A stretch of 32,000 nucleotides of DNA from Faecalibaculum rodentium (GCF_001564455.1 NZ_CP011391.1:2070001-2102000); one strand, 5' to 3'. Counted from the stretch's first letter, positions 1-8,672 are shown. The notes: generated by a model from the sequence alone, not told the origin. Translations and numbers: made by a program.

Positions 1-224
1 CCCCTGCTTTTGCGGTGAGTGATGCCGTGCCTATTTCAAACTTGTCTGATGGAACGCTGTTTGTTCTGAGCGCAAAGGAAACAGACAAAAATGATGCCCG
101 GGAAGCGGTGGATGACCTGAAAAGAAACGGTGCCAACCTGATTGGCACGGTTATGACCAAAGTTCCCGGTTTCATGTCAAGGCACTATTATGGATATGGA
201 TATGGTGACCGCAATGAACGCTGA
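1..224 (+). CDS. BY-type tyrosine-protein kinase (CpsD/CapB/YwqD-like), C-terminal fragment; 5' end lies outside the window
   Basis: The frame of the 15..224 ORF is open to the window edge. The tail ...GANLIGTVMTKVPGFMSRHYYGYGYGDRNER ends in a tyrosine cluster (YYGYGYG), typical of the autophosphorylation tail of Gram-positive polysaccharide co-polymerase kinases. Confidence 0.7.
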   Translation, partial: PAFAVSDAVPISNLSDGTLFVLSAKETDKNDAREAVDDLKRNGANLIGTVMTKVPGFMSRHYYGYGYGDRNER

Positions 225-816
225 AAAATTATTGAGGGCAGGACTGGCTGCATCCCTGCTTTTTCTGGTAGGATGCAAAGCCGGACCGGAAGTAACCGCA
301 GATGATGCGGCTGAAGTGGCTCTGGATGATGCCGGTTTTGCGCCGGCGGATGTGACAAGTCTGACCAGTGATGCTGCAGCTGACGGAGATGGCTTTACAG
401 TTTCGTTCCACACCCCTCGAGGTGTATTTACCTATAAGATTTCTTCCGGTGGTCTGATTGAAGACCGGAAGTACCAGAAAGATCCTCAGTCTGCTCCTGT
501 GGAGTCAGGAAAAACGCCGGAAGATCAGGCGCAGGCAGCAAAACAGGAAGAGCCTCAGAAGGAAACCAAGTCGGAGAATACCGAAAAGAAGGAATCCAAA
601 AAAGAGGACCAGAAAAAGACCACCCGTTCTGCCGAGGAAGAAACGGCCATCAGCCTGGCCCTTGGCAACGCCGGTCTGGCAGAATCTGATGTGACAGATC
701 TGAATGTTTCCATGGATGGAGATACCGCTACTGTGACATTCTATTACGGAGAATACCGCAACACCGTGCAGGTGGATGTAGCCAATGGTCAGGTCATCAG
801 CTCGCTGATTGGGTAA
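214..816 (+). CDS. Lipoprotein with two PepSY-like repeats separated by a K/E-rich linker
   Basis: From Met at 214 the signal peptide with lipobox is MNAEKLLRAGLAASLLFLVGC. Two similar modules are present (ALDDAGFAPADVTSL...GDGFTVSFHT...YKISSGGLIED and ALGNAGLAESDVTDL...GDTATVTFYY...VDVANGQVISS). Alternative upstream ATGs at 190/196/202 are in frame. The start overlaps the kinase stop. Confidence 0.6.
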   Translation: MNAEKLLRAGLAASLLFLVGCKAGPEVTADDAAEVALDDAGFAPADVTSLTSDAAADGDGFTVSFHTPRGVFTYKISSGGLIEDRKYQKDPQSAPVESGKTPEDQAQAAKQEEPQKETKSENTEKKESKKEDQKKTTRSAEEETAISLALGNAGLAESDVTDLNVSMDGDTATVTFYYGEYRNTVQVDVANGQVISSLIG

Positions 817-844
817 TGAAACCTGGCCTGCATATACAAACAAA

Positions 845-876
845 CCCGGGAGGTGGAAAGCTTCCCGGGATTTTTA
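845..876 (+). terminator. Rho-independent terminator after the lipoprotein gene
   Basis: Stem cccgggagg (845-853) pairs with cttcccggg (861-869) with one mismatch, around a 7-nt loop, followed by atttttaa. Confidence 0.6.
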
Positions 877-1106
877 ATGCCAGACACCGGAAAAATGTGA
901 CTTTCGTACCTGTGACACAGTTGTTCGGCAACAGGCTGCTGAGAGGTGATGATTTGTCAGGACAGCTTTTTATTCCGTGACATAGATGTGAAGTTTTATG
1001 CAATCATCTGTCTTGACTTCACGTTTTTGTCATTTTTTTGGCGGAAAAATCCGTTATCCTTCCTGTACCGGTTCAGCTGTCGACACATGGACAGGAAGGA
1101 GAACGA

Positions 1107-2042
1107 ATGGAAGAATCTGAAATCATCGCAATGCATGCCCTGGAAGCCATTCAAGCTGAAATCCCAATGAGCGATGGAGCAGCCAAGGAAATGCTGCGGG
1201 ACATACAAATCTTTTCTCTGATTCTGAAATTCAGCTTTGCTGAGTACAGCGGATTCACGGTGGCAGAGATCGCTTCAAGAATCCAGTACTTCAAGGGCAT
1301 CCGCCCGGATCCGGATGATCCGGAGGGATTTCTTGATCAGATGGTGGATGCTTCCGATCCGGAAGCGAATATTCCCGGTTCGGGCAAATCGATTTATGAC
1401 AATTTTGTTGTGATCCAGGACATGATCACAGACCAGCTGTATTTCGTGCAGCTGGATGTGAATCTGCGGGAACTGTCGCCGGAAGTCCTTTGCGGAAGGT
1501 CCCTGAACTATATTGCCAGTATTATCCTGCGCCAAAGAGGACTGCCGTTTGGTATGAGCCGTGACTACAAAGGATTGAAGCCCATCAAAGCACTCTGGAT
1601 CCTGCCGCTGTCCCACCGGCTTGGTGTCTGGGAAGGAGAATTCAGGACTGGATGGTCGGGTTGTCCGGATGATTACATCACAGAGCTCAACGGGCGTGTC
1701 GAAAATATGATCGAGTGGAAAGTTGTGTTTCTGAACCATGGATGGCACAATTCAGATGAAGAGATCATTCAGGTACTCGGGCATCTGTTTGATACAGAAA
1801 CCGAAGAGACAATCGAATATTTGAAAAAGGAAGGCATAAAAATGACAAGACAAATTCCAGGTGTGGTACAGGAATACTACAAAAAATATGGGCGGCCCTT
1901 TGTAACACTGAGTGATGAGGCCAACGAGAACTATATCCTGATGAAGCAGGAAGTGGTCCGCAAGGACGAAGAGATCAAAAGCATGATTGAGAAGATTGCC
2001 TTGTTGGAGGCAGAACTGGCAAAACTCAAAGGCAGTCGCTGA
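1107..2042 (+). CDS. Hypothetical protein, divergent PD-(D/E)XK nuclease / Rpn-family-like core with C-terminal coiled coil
   Basis: ATG at 1107 is preceded by AGGAAGGAG (1093-1101); the upstream part of the 1038 ORF has no RBS. The pattern YDNFVVIQD...YFVQLDVNL...RSLNYIASI...YKGLKPIKALWIL resembles the layout of the PDDEXK_2/Rpn family (D...ExQ...R.l.Y...Y..LkPvi.I.il). The C-terminus EEIKSMIEKIALLEAELAKLK is heptad-like. The functional call is tentative. Confidence 0.4.
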   Translation: MEESEIIAMHALEAIQAEIPMSDGAAKEMLRDIQIFSLILKFSFAEYSGFTVAEIASRIQYFKGIRPDPDDPEGFLDQMVDASDPEANIPGSGKSIYDNFVVIQDMITDQLYFVQLDVNLRELSPEVLCGRSLNYIASIILRQRGLPFGMSRDYKGLKPIKALWILPLSHRLGVWEGEFRTGWSGCPDDYITELNGRVENMIEWKVVFLNHGWHNSDEEIIQVLGHLFDTETEETIEYLKKEGIKMTRQIPGVVQEYYKKYGRPFVTLSDEANENYILMKQEVVRKDEEIKSMIEKIALLEAELAKLKGSR

Positions 2043-2084
2043 TATGCCATCATCGGCCGTCTAGTGATCCTGATCATAAAAACA

Positions 2085-2119
2085 GCGGGTGGTCCACCAG
2101 ATGAACCACCCGTTTTTTT
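2085..2119. terminator. Bidirectional terminator between convergent genes (hypothetical + / leuB -)
   Basis: Stem gcgggtggt (2085-2093) pairs with accacccg (2105-2112), flanked by an A-run (2078-2082) and T7 (2113-2119). Confidence 0.7.
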
Positions 2120-2122
2120 CTG

Positions 2123-3187
2123 TCAGAGGTTTTCCAGGATCCGGTCGCCCATTTCCTTTGTACCCACCAGCGTGGTCCCTTCTGTCCAGATATCCGCTGT
2201 GCGGTATCCCTGGTCAAGAACCTTTTCCACAGCCTGCTCGATCCGGGCTGCTTCTTCTTCCATGTCCAGGCCATACCGCAGCATCAGCGCTGCAGACAGA
2301 ATGCACGCAATGGGATTCACCTTGTCCTGACCGGCGATATCCGGTGCAGACCCATGAATCGGCTCATAGAGCCCGTTTTTTGTTTTCCCGCGGCTGCTGG
2401 AAGGGATCATCCCGATGGAGCCCGTGATCTGGCTGGCTTCATCGGACAGGATGTCTCCAAACAGGTTTTCCGTCACAATCACGTCAAACTGACTGGGGTC
2501 CTTCACGATCTGCATGGCTGCGTTGTCCACGAACATCGTGCTGTATTCCACATCCGGGTACTCTTCCTTCAGGCGGTCAAAGACCTTCACCCAGAGCCGG
2601 CTGGTATCCAGCACATTGTGTTTGTCCACCATCACCAGCTTTTTCCGGCGCTTTCTGGCTGTCTCGAATCCAATGCGGCCGATCCGCTCGATCTCATGTT
2701 CGGAATAGGGCATTTCATCCACCGCCACGAGCTCGCCGTTGACTTCCTTCGTTTCCTTTTTTCCAAAGTAGGCCCCGCCGATCAGTTCCCGCACAATGAC
2801 AAAATCAATGCCCTTGTCCGTGATTTCCTTCTTCAGGGGCGAGGCATCCGCCAGCTGCGGCCAGATCTTCGCAGGGCGGTCGTTCGCAAAGAGTTCCATG
2901 CCTTCACGCAGTCGCAGCAGGCCCTTTTCCGGGCGCTGGGGACCGGGCAGTCCTTCCCATTTGGGACCGCCAATGGCGCCAAGCAGGACACTGTCCTGTG
3001 CCAGGGCTTTGTCCAGCTCATGCTGCGGCAGGGGATCGCCATACTTGTCCACTGCTTCCCCGCCCATGGCAATGTCTGTATAGACAAAGGGATCGACGGG
3101 ATCCTGTATGGCATCCAGCACGCGTTTGGCCTGGGCCATGATTTCCGGGCTGGAGCCGTCGCCCCAGATCAGTCCGATTTTCTTCAT
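2123..3187 (-). CDS. leuB: 3-isopropylmalate dehydrogenase
   Basis: 354 aa with [30 protein letters not shown] and HGSAPDIAG motifs of isocitrate/isopropylmalate dehydrogenases. It is the last gene of the leuACDB cluster, with a 4-nt overlap with leuD. Confidence 0.93.
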
Positions 3188-3675
3188 GCGTTCCTCCTCA
3201 GGCTCGGCAGCAGGCCGCCGGCTGCAATGATTTCCTGAATGAATGCCGGAAATGGCTCCGCCTGATAGGTTTCGCCTTTGGTGAGGTTGGTGATCATCCC
3301 TTCATCGAAGTTCACTTCCACCTCATCGCCGTTTTCAATGGCTTCAGCTGCTGCTTCGCACTCGAGGATCGGGAGCCCGATGTTGATCGCATTGCGGTAG
3401 AAGATCCGTGCAAAGCTTTTCGCAATGACCGCCGAGATCCCCACGGTCTTGATCGCCAGGGGGGCGTGTTCCCGGCTGCTGCCGCACCCGAAGTTCCAGC
3501 CCGCCACGATGATGTCACCGGGGTTGGCGTTGTTCACGAATTCCGGATCGATGTCTTCCATGCAGTGTTTTGCGAGTTCCTTCGCATCCGGTGTGTTCAG
3601 GTACCGGGCGGGGATGATCACATCGGTGTCCACATTGTCGTTGTATTTGAACACAGTGCCTCTGGCGTTGTTCAT
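3184..3675 (-). CDS. leuD: 3-isopropylmalate dehydratase small subunit
   Basis: 163 aa short-form LeuD with [20 protein letters not shown]. It shows ATGA-type 4-nt overlaps with both leuC and leuB. Confidence 0.9.
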
Positions 3676-4973
3676 GCGGCTGCCTCCTTCTCTGTTTCAA
3701 CGGGTGTCTCGGTCTGCATCAGCGTGCGGGGATCGGTGATGACCCCGATGATGGCACTGGCTGCGGCTGTATAGGGACTGGCGAGGTAGACCTCGGAAGT
3801 CACGTGACCCATGCGGCCGACGAAGTTGCGGTTGGTGGTGGAAATGCAGCGTTCCTCTTCTGCCAGGATCCCCATATAGCCGCCCAGGCAGGGCCCGCAG
3901 GTGGGGGTGGAGACGACGCAGCCTGCATCAATGAGGTCTTCGATGATGCCTTTTTTCAGACACTCTTTGTAAATCTGCATGGTGGCGGGAATCACAATGG
4001 CACGCACGCCGTCCTTGACCTGGCGGCCTTTCAGGATTTCCCATGCGGCTTCCATGTCCTCCATGCGGCCATTGGTGCAGGACCCGATCACAACCTGATC
4101 CACTTCAATGGGTGCCTCGGCAGCGGGGTGCACATTTTCCGGCAGGTGGGGCCAGGCGGTGACTGGTTCCAGCTGGCTCAGGTCCATGGTGATGCTCTGG
4201 ATGTACTCCGCATCGGGATCGGCTTTGTATTTTGTCCAGGGACGGCGGCTGCGCCCTTCGAGGTAGGCTTCGGTGACTTCATCGACCGGGAAGATGCCGT
4301 TTTTGGCACCGGCTTCGATGGCCATGTTGCAGATGCACAGGCGGTCATCCATGGAAAGAGACTTCACGCCGGGTCCGGTGAATTCCAGGGACCGGTAGAG
4401 GGCACCGTCCACGCCAATCTGACCAATGAGGGTAAGAATCACGTCCTTGCCGGTGACATAGGGCGGAAGTTCGCCGACGAGCTCCACTTTGATGGCTTCC
4501 GGGACCTTGAACCAGGCTTTGCCGGTGGCCATGCCCGCGGCCATGTCCGTACTGCCCACGCCGGTGGAGAAAGCGCCCAGGGCGCCATAGGTGCAGGTGT
4601 GGGAATCGGCGCCAATGATGCAGTCGCCGGCGGTCACGATGCCCTGTTCGGGGAGCAGCGCATGTTCGATGCCCATTTTCCCGACATCGAAGAAGTTCGG
4701 GATGTCATGGGTTTTCGCAAACTTGCGGCAGGCAGCGGACTGCTGGGCGGCTTTGATGTCTTTGTTGGGCACAAAGTGGTCGAGCACGATGTTGATGCGG
4801 TCTGCATCTGCGACGTTGTCGAATCCGGCTTTCTCGAATTCGCGGATGGCGACGGGGGTGGTGATGTCATTGCCGAGAACGCCGTCAAGTTCGGCCATAA
4901 TGAGCTGTCCGGGTCTGACTTCATCCTGTCCGGCGTGGGCAGCCAGGATTTTCTGTGTCATGGTCATGGGCAT
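3672..4973 (-). CDS. leuC: 3-isopropylmalate dehydratase large subunit
   Basis: Aconitase-family sequence ([22 protein letters not shown], cluster-binding Cys residues). The start is set at ATG 4973 because GGAAGGAGA lies 9 nt upstream. The longer 5042 start has no RBS and adds non-homologous residues. Confidence 0.9.
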
Positions 4974-5120
4974 AAACAAATGTCTCCTTCCTTCTTTGAC
5001 AAGTCTCATGGTCAGCCGGTGGCTGAGCATGAGACACGTCATTGTTCATATATGTATCTTGGCTTGTCTGTGTTGATTCTGGGTATCGTTGTGATTGTGT
5101 GTGGGATGACCCGCATGATC

Positions 5121-5232
5121 TGATGCAAAGAGGCATCATGCAGCGGGCCAGCCATTGAAATGCCCGCGGCAGGCAGTCATTTCAACCGCTGGAGGATGAG
5201 CTAGACTTGATGCAAAGAGGCGCCATGCAGTG
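5121..5232. repeat. Two copies of a 25-bp direct repeat in the leuA-leuC spacer
   Basis: tgatgcaaagaggcatcatgcagcg (5121-5145) and tgatgcaaagaggcgccatgcagtg (5208-5232) match at 22 of 25 positions. An 8-bp-stem hairpin lies between them, ttgaaatg (5154-5161) with catttcaa (5178-5185). Confidence 0.7.
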
Positions 5233-5280
5233 AGCTGACTGAATGCAGCCTCAGTCTCTTCATGCTCTTATCGCTGCCGC

Positions 5281-6951
5281 TCAGTCAGCCGGCTGCGGCC
5301 GGTTGTTGATGGCGGAGATCAGTGCCTTGACACTGGATACAATGACGTCCGTGTCTGTCCCTGCGCCCCAGGAGGTCGTACCATCGGGCCAGGACAGCCC
5401 CACATAACTTGCCGCCCGGCTGCTGGAATTTGTGTCCAGAGCGTGTTCAGTGTAAGTATCCAGCGTATATTCCAGACCCAGTCCCTGTTTCAGGGCATTG
5501 TTGACGGCGTTGATGCGGCCGTTTCCGGATCCGAAGAACTCGTATTCCTGTCCATCCACTGCGACTGTGACCGTGGCGCGCATCTGCTTGCCCTGCATGT
5601 AGTGCGCTTCATGGAATTCCACCACAGGGGACTGCCGGTTGAGATACGTCTGTTCAAAAATCCGGAAGACTTCATCGGGTTTGAGCTCGGCATGGTTGTG
5701 ATCCGAGACCGCCTTGACGGTATACCCGAAGTGCTCGCGCATCTTTGGCGGCATGTTGTATCCATAGGCCGTTTCCAGGATGTAGCCGATGCCGCCCTTG
5801 CCAGACTGGGAGTTGATGCGGATCACATCGGCATCATAGGTCCGGGATACATCATGCGGATCGATGGGCAGATAGGGCACAGTCCACTGGTGGGTGCTGT
5901 TCTCTTCTCTGTGGTGCATGCCTTTGGCGATGGCATCCTGGTGGCTGCCGGAGAATGCTGCGAAGACCAGACTGCCGGCATAGGGCTGCCGGGGCGATAC
6001 CTGCATGTCGGTGATCCTCTCATAGACCTCGCAGATGGCGGGCATGTCCGAGAAGTCCAGCTTCGGATCCACGCCGTGGGAGTACATGTTCATGGCCAGA
6101 GTGATCGCATCCACGTTGCCTGTGCGCTCGCCGTTGCCGAACAGACAGCATTCCACACGCTGTGCTCCTGCCAGCAGTGCCAGTTCCGTATCGGCAATGC
6201 CGGTACCTCGGTCGTTATGCGGATGGGTGGACAGAATGACGGAATCCCGGCGGTGGAGGCGGTCACTGCAATACTCGATCTGGTTGGCATAAATGTGCGG
6301 GAGACTCATTTCCACGGTCACCGGCAGGTTGATGATCATGGGCCTGTCGGGGGTGGGTTCCATGACATCGATGACGGCGTTGCAGACCTCCAGGGCGTAT
6401 TCCGGTTCAGTGCCGGTGAAGGATTCCGGGGAATACTCGAAGAGGAAGTTGCCCTCATATTCCTGAGAGAGCTGTTTGACAAGCTTTGCGCCTTCCACGG
6501 CGATCTGCTTGATTTCCTCTTTGGATTTCCGGAACACCTGCTCGCGCTGGGCAACGGAGGTGGAGTTGTAGAAATGGATCACGGCACGGGGCGCACCTTT
6601 CACAGCTTCGAATGTCCTGCGGATGATGTGATCACGGCACTGGGTGAGGACCTGTACGGTCACGTCTTCGGGGATGAGGTTCTGTTCGATCAGGGTACGC
6701 AGGAACTCATACTCTGTTTCGCTGGCTGCGGGGAACCCGACTTCGATTTCCTTGAAGCCGATTCTGACCAGGAGCTGGAAAAACTCAATTTTTTCCTCCA
6801 GGCTCATGGGTACGACCAGGGCCTGGTTGCCATCCCGCAGATCCACGGAACACCAGGCAGGTGCCTGTTCAATGTGGTCTTTCCTGACCCAGCGGTATTC
6901 GTTCTCCGGTGCCGGGTAATATCCCGGTGCGTATTTTGAAGCGTCCATCAT
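5281..6951 (-). CDS. leuA: 2-isopropylmalate synthase (long form)
   Basis: 556 aa with WCSVDLRDGNQAL, HPHNDRGTG and a C-terminal LeuA dimerisation/regulatory region. It is the first gene after the T-box leader. Confidence 0.93.
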   Translation of the reverse strand: MMDASKYAPGYYPAPENEYRWVRKDHIEQAPAWCSVDLRDGNQALVVPMSLEEKIEFFQLLVRIGFKEIEVGFPAASETEYEFLRTLIEQNLIPEDVTVQVLTQCRDHIIRRTFEAVKGAPRAVIHFYNSTSVAQREQVFRKSKEEIKQIAVEGAKLVKQLSQEYEGNFLFEYSPESFTGTEPEYALEVCNAVIDVMEPTPDRPMIINLPVTVEMSLPHIYANQIEYCSDRLHRRDSVILSTHPHNDRGTGIADTELALLAGAQRVECCLFGNGERTGNVDAITLAMNMYSHGVDPKLDFSDMPAICEVYERITDMQVSPRQPYAGSLVFAAFSGSHQDAIAKGMHHREENSTHQWTVPYLPIDPHDVSRTYDADVIRINSQSGKGGIGYILETAYGYNMPPKMREHFGYTVKAVSDHNHAELKPDEVFRIFEQTYLNRQSPVVEFHEAHYMQGKQMRATVTVAVDGQEYEFFGSGNGRINAVNNALKQGLGLEYTLDTYTEHALDTNSSSRAASYVGLSWPDGTTSWGAGTDTDVIVSSVKALISAINNRPQPAD

Positions 6952-7036
6952 AACTCGTTCCTCCTTCTGGATATGTCTGTTGTGGTTTCAGGTGATCCTG
7001 TCTCCAGGGAACCAGGATCCGGCTTTGGTGTGGGGG

Positions 7037-7300
7037 TAAAAAAAACGTCCCTGAAAAATCATTCAGAGACGAGCACTTTCATACCCGCGGTACCACTCTT
7101 TTTGTCGGTGTGACCACTTTTCCACGATCGGCCGAGGCGAATCGCTGTCCTTGTAACGGCGGATACCCGGGCAGGACTACTTGCTTCCCCCTGCCGGCTC
7201 TGGGGCCAGTAGGTATCGGGTCCTGTTCCGGCTTTCACCATCCGCCGGTTCTCTATGCCAGGTATTCCTGATACCGCTTCCCCGTCATCGCTTTTTTGAC
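7037..7300 (-). promoter_or_regulatory. T-box leader (tRNA-sensing riboswitch) of the leu operon
   Basis: On the minus strand the elements are:
- AGCGAUGA (stem I base / GA motif)
- CAUAGAGAACC (AGAGA box)
- GGUGAAAGCC (distal loop)
- the conserved T-box AGAGUGGUACCGCGGG (plus coordinates 7084-7099)
- a terminator hairpin plus U8

A candidate specifier CUG (Leu) lies at 7207-7209, between helices GGUAUC/GAUACC and GGGG/CCCC. Confidence 0.8.
7038..7071 (-). terminator. Attenuator terminator of the T-box leader
   Basis: The minus strand reads CGUCUCUGAA-UGAUUU-UUCAGGGACG (a 10-bp stem with one G-U pair, 7046-7071) followed by U8 (7038-7045). Confidence 0.8.
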
Positions 7301-7311
7301 GTTGTAAGGTC

Positions 7312-7340
7312 ATGATAAAAGGAATGAAAACATATGTCAA
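7312..7340 (-). promoter_or_regulatory. Sigma-A type promoter of the leu operon
   Basis: The minus strand reads TTGACA (7340-7335), a 17-nt spacer, then TATCAT (7317-7312), immediately upstream of the T-box leader. Confidence 0.7.
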
Positions 7341-7410
7341 CGAAGGAATGAAAAAGTTTCAGGCGACCTGTCTGCCGGTTACGGGATATGACAAGTCTGA
7401 CAGTCACCGG

Positions 7411-7429
7411 ACGTGTCTGTCAGACACGT
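7411..7429. promoter_or_regulatory. Perfect 19-bp palindrome (candidate operator) in the leu/yigZ divergent region
   Basis: ACGTGTCTG-T-CAGACACGT is a perfect palindrome. An extra half-site gtctgacag lies at 7395-7403, and a TTGACA hexamer follows at 7435-7440. Confidence 0.4.
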
Positions 7430-7655
7430 CGCCTTTGACAATAATATGGATGACAGGTATGTCAGGAGATCCTGTGAATTCTGTTCAAATCCAGTTCTGA
7501 TCCCCTTGATTCAGTGGGATATGACTGAATAAGTACTGGTCTGAATCCGCAGATCATAAGAAGTGCTCACCACCCCACCCCTCGGCACAGAGGCCGGGAT
7601 TCCAGACCGAACCGGTTTGTAAATCCCGGAGTCTGTGCTGTGGTATCATTTTTCC

Positions 7656-8243
7656 ATGAGACTCCTGAGCGACACCATGGGTGAAATAGAAGTGAAAAAA
7701 TCCCGGTTCCTGTGCTACCTGCACCGGACCGAAAACGAAGACGATGCCAGAAACTTCATCCGCAGCATCCGCAAGGAACATCCCCAGGCCCGACACGTCT
7801 GCACCGCCATGGTCATAGACGGACTCAAACGCTCCAGTGACGATGGCGAACCGTCGGGCACCGCCGGACGCCCGATCCTTTCTGTGCTCGAAGGCGCAGA
7901 CCTGGATCACATCTGTGCCGCTGTCGTGCGCTACTTCGGCGGTACCCTGCTGGGAACAGGAGGCCTGGTCCGGGCATATTCCGATGCGGTGAAGACCGCA
8001 CTGGAAACCGCGGTTCTTGGAGAAGCCAGGACTATGCGCCGCTACAGCCTCACCGTTCCCTACGCTTTGTCCGGCCGCATCGAGAACTGGATCTCGCAGC
8101 GGGGAGAACTCCTGGACACGCTGTATGAAGAGACGGTAACATACGAGTTCCTGGTCCCGGATCCCATTGAGCCGGAGATTGCTGAACTGACCTCCGGTAC
8201 CTGCACCCCGATGTTTCTGGGGGAAGAAGTGACGGAAATCTGA
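7656..8243 (+). CDS. YigZ / IMPACT family protein (UPF0029)
   Basis: GEIEVKKSRFLCYL...ARHVCTAMVI...SSDDGEPSGTAGRPIL...VVRYFGGTLLGTGGLVRAY are the conserved YigZ blocks. ATG 7656 is chosen; GTG 7635 is an alternative, and neither has a clear RBS. Confidence 0.85.
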   Translation: MRLLSDTMGEIEVKKSRFLCYLHRTENEDDARNFIRSIRKEHPQARHVCTAMVIDGLKRSSDDGEPSGTAGRPILSVLEGADLDHICAAVVRYFGGTLLGTGGLVRAYSDAVKTALETAVLGEARTMRRYSLTVPYALSGRIENWISQRGELLDTLYEETVTYEFLVPDPIEPEIAELTSGTCTPMFLGEEVTEI

Positions 8244-8305
8244 CATGCCTTTCACATTGTGCTGCGACACCCGCAGCTTATACTGAAGGTATCAAAGAAT
8301 ACAGG

Positions 8306-8329
8306 CCGGCAGCCCGGCTGCCGGTTTTT
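8306..8329 (+). terminator. Rho-independent terminator after yigZ-family gene
   Basis: ccggcagc (8306-8313) pairs with gctgccgg (8317-8324), followed by ttttt (8325-8329). Confidence 0.65.
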
Positions 8330-8348
8330 CTGGAGAGGAGAATGATTC

Positions 8349-8672
8349 ATGAGCGGACTGCTGATGATTTTCATGATATTTCTGTTTTTGATGGTATTCC
8401 TGCCGGCCATGATGTACCTGCTGCCGGTGTTTCTCATCATCTGGCTGGTTTCCGCACTGGTGAACAGCTTTCGACCCCGTCGGCAGACCGGAATGGGCAG
8501 CGGCATGGGTGGAAATGGCCGGACATTCTACTACTACAGGTCGTCCAACCCAGGGCAGGGCGGCGCCATGAACCGGAACCCCGAAATTGAAAAACGGGCA
8601 GCCCGCCCGGATTCCATTGATGCAGAATACACGGAGGTGGAGGTCAGGGATGACACACGTGATCCGCAGTGA
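8349..8672 (+). CDS. Small membrane protein, hypothetical
   Basis: GGAGAGGAG lies 9 nt upstream of ATG 8349. The hydrophobic N-terminus has two predicted TM stretches (LLMIFMIFLFLMVFLPAMMYLLPVFLIIWLVSALV), followed by a G/N/R-rich tail. The gene overlaps the next start by 23 nt. Confidence 0.5.
   Translation: MSGLLMIFMIFLFLMVFLPAMMYLLPVFLIIWLVSALVNSFRPRRQTGMGSGMGGNGRTFYYYRSSNPGQGGAMNRNPEIEKRAARPDSIDAEYTEVEVRDDTRDPQ

Noticed and set aside
4974-5042. Longer leuC start at 5042
   Set aside because: A strong GGAAGGAGA RBS sits inside the extension, 9 nt before ATG 4973, and the extra residues are not LeuC-like.
3804-6939. Long plus-strand ORFs (3804..5123, 439 aa; 5443..6939, 498 aa) across the leu operon
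   Set aside because: They lie antisense to the unmistakable leuC and leuA genes. The products are G/H/D/A-rich with no motifs or RBSs. They are shadow ORFs.
7059-7340. 93-aa minus-strand ORF upstream of leuA
   Set aside because: It coincides with the T-box leader RNA (T-box motif, stem I elements, terminator). It has no RBS, and the region is better explained as a riboswitch.
7554-8270. 238-aa minus-strand ORF
   Set aside because: It lies antisense to the clearly conserved YigZ-family gene and has no motifs.
8587-8649. Upstream start (8587) for the GNAT gene
   Set aside because: GGAGGTGGAGG lies directly upstream of ATG 8650, and the upstream codons overlap the small membrane protein ORF extensively without their own RBS.
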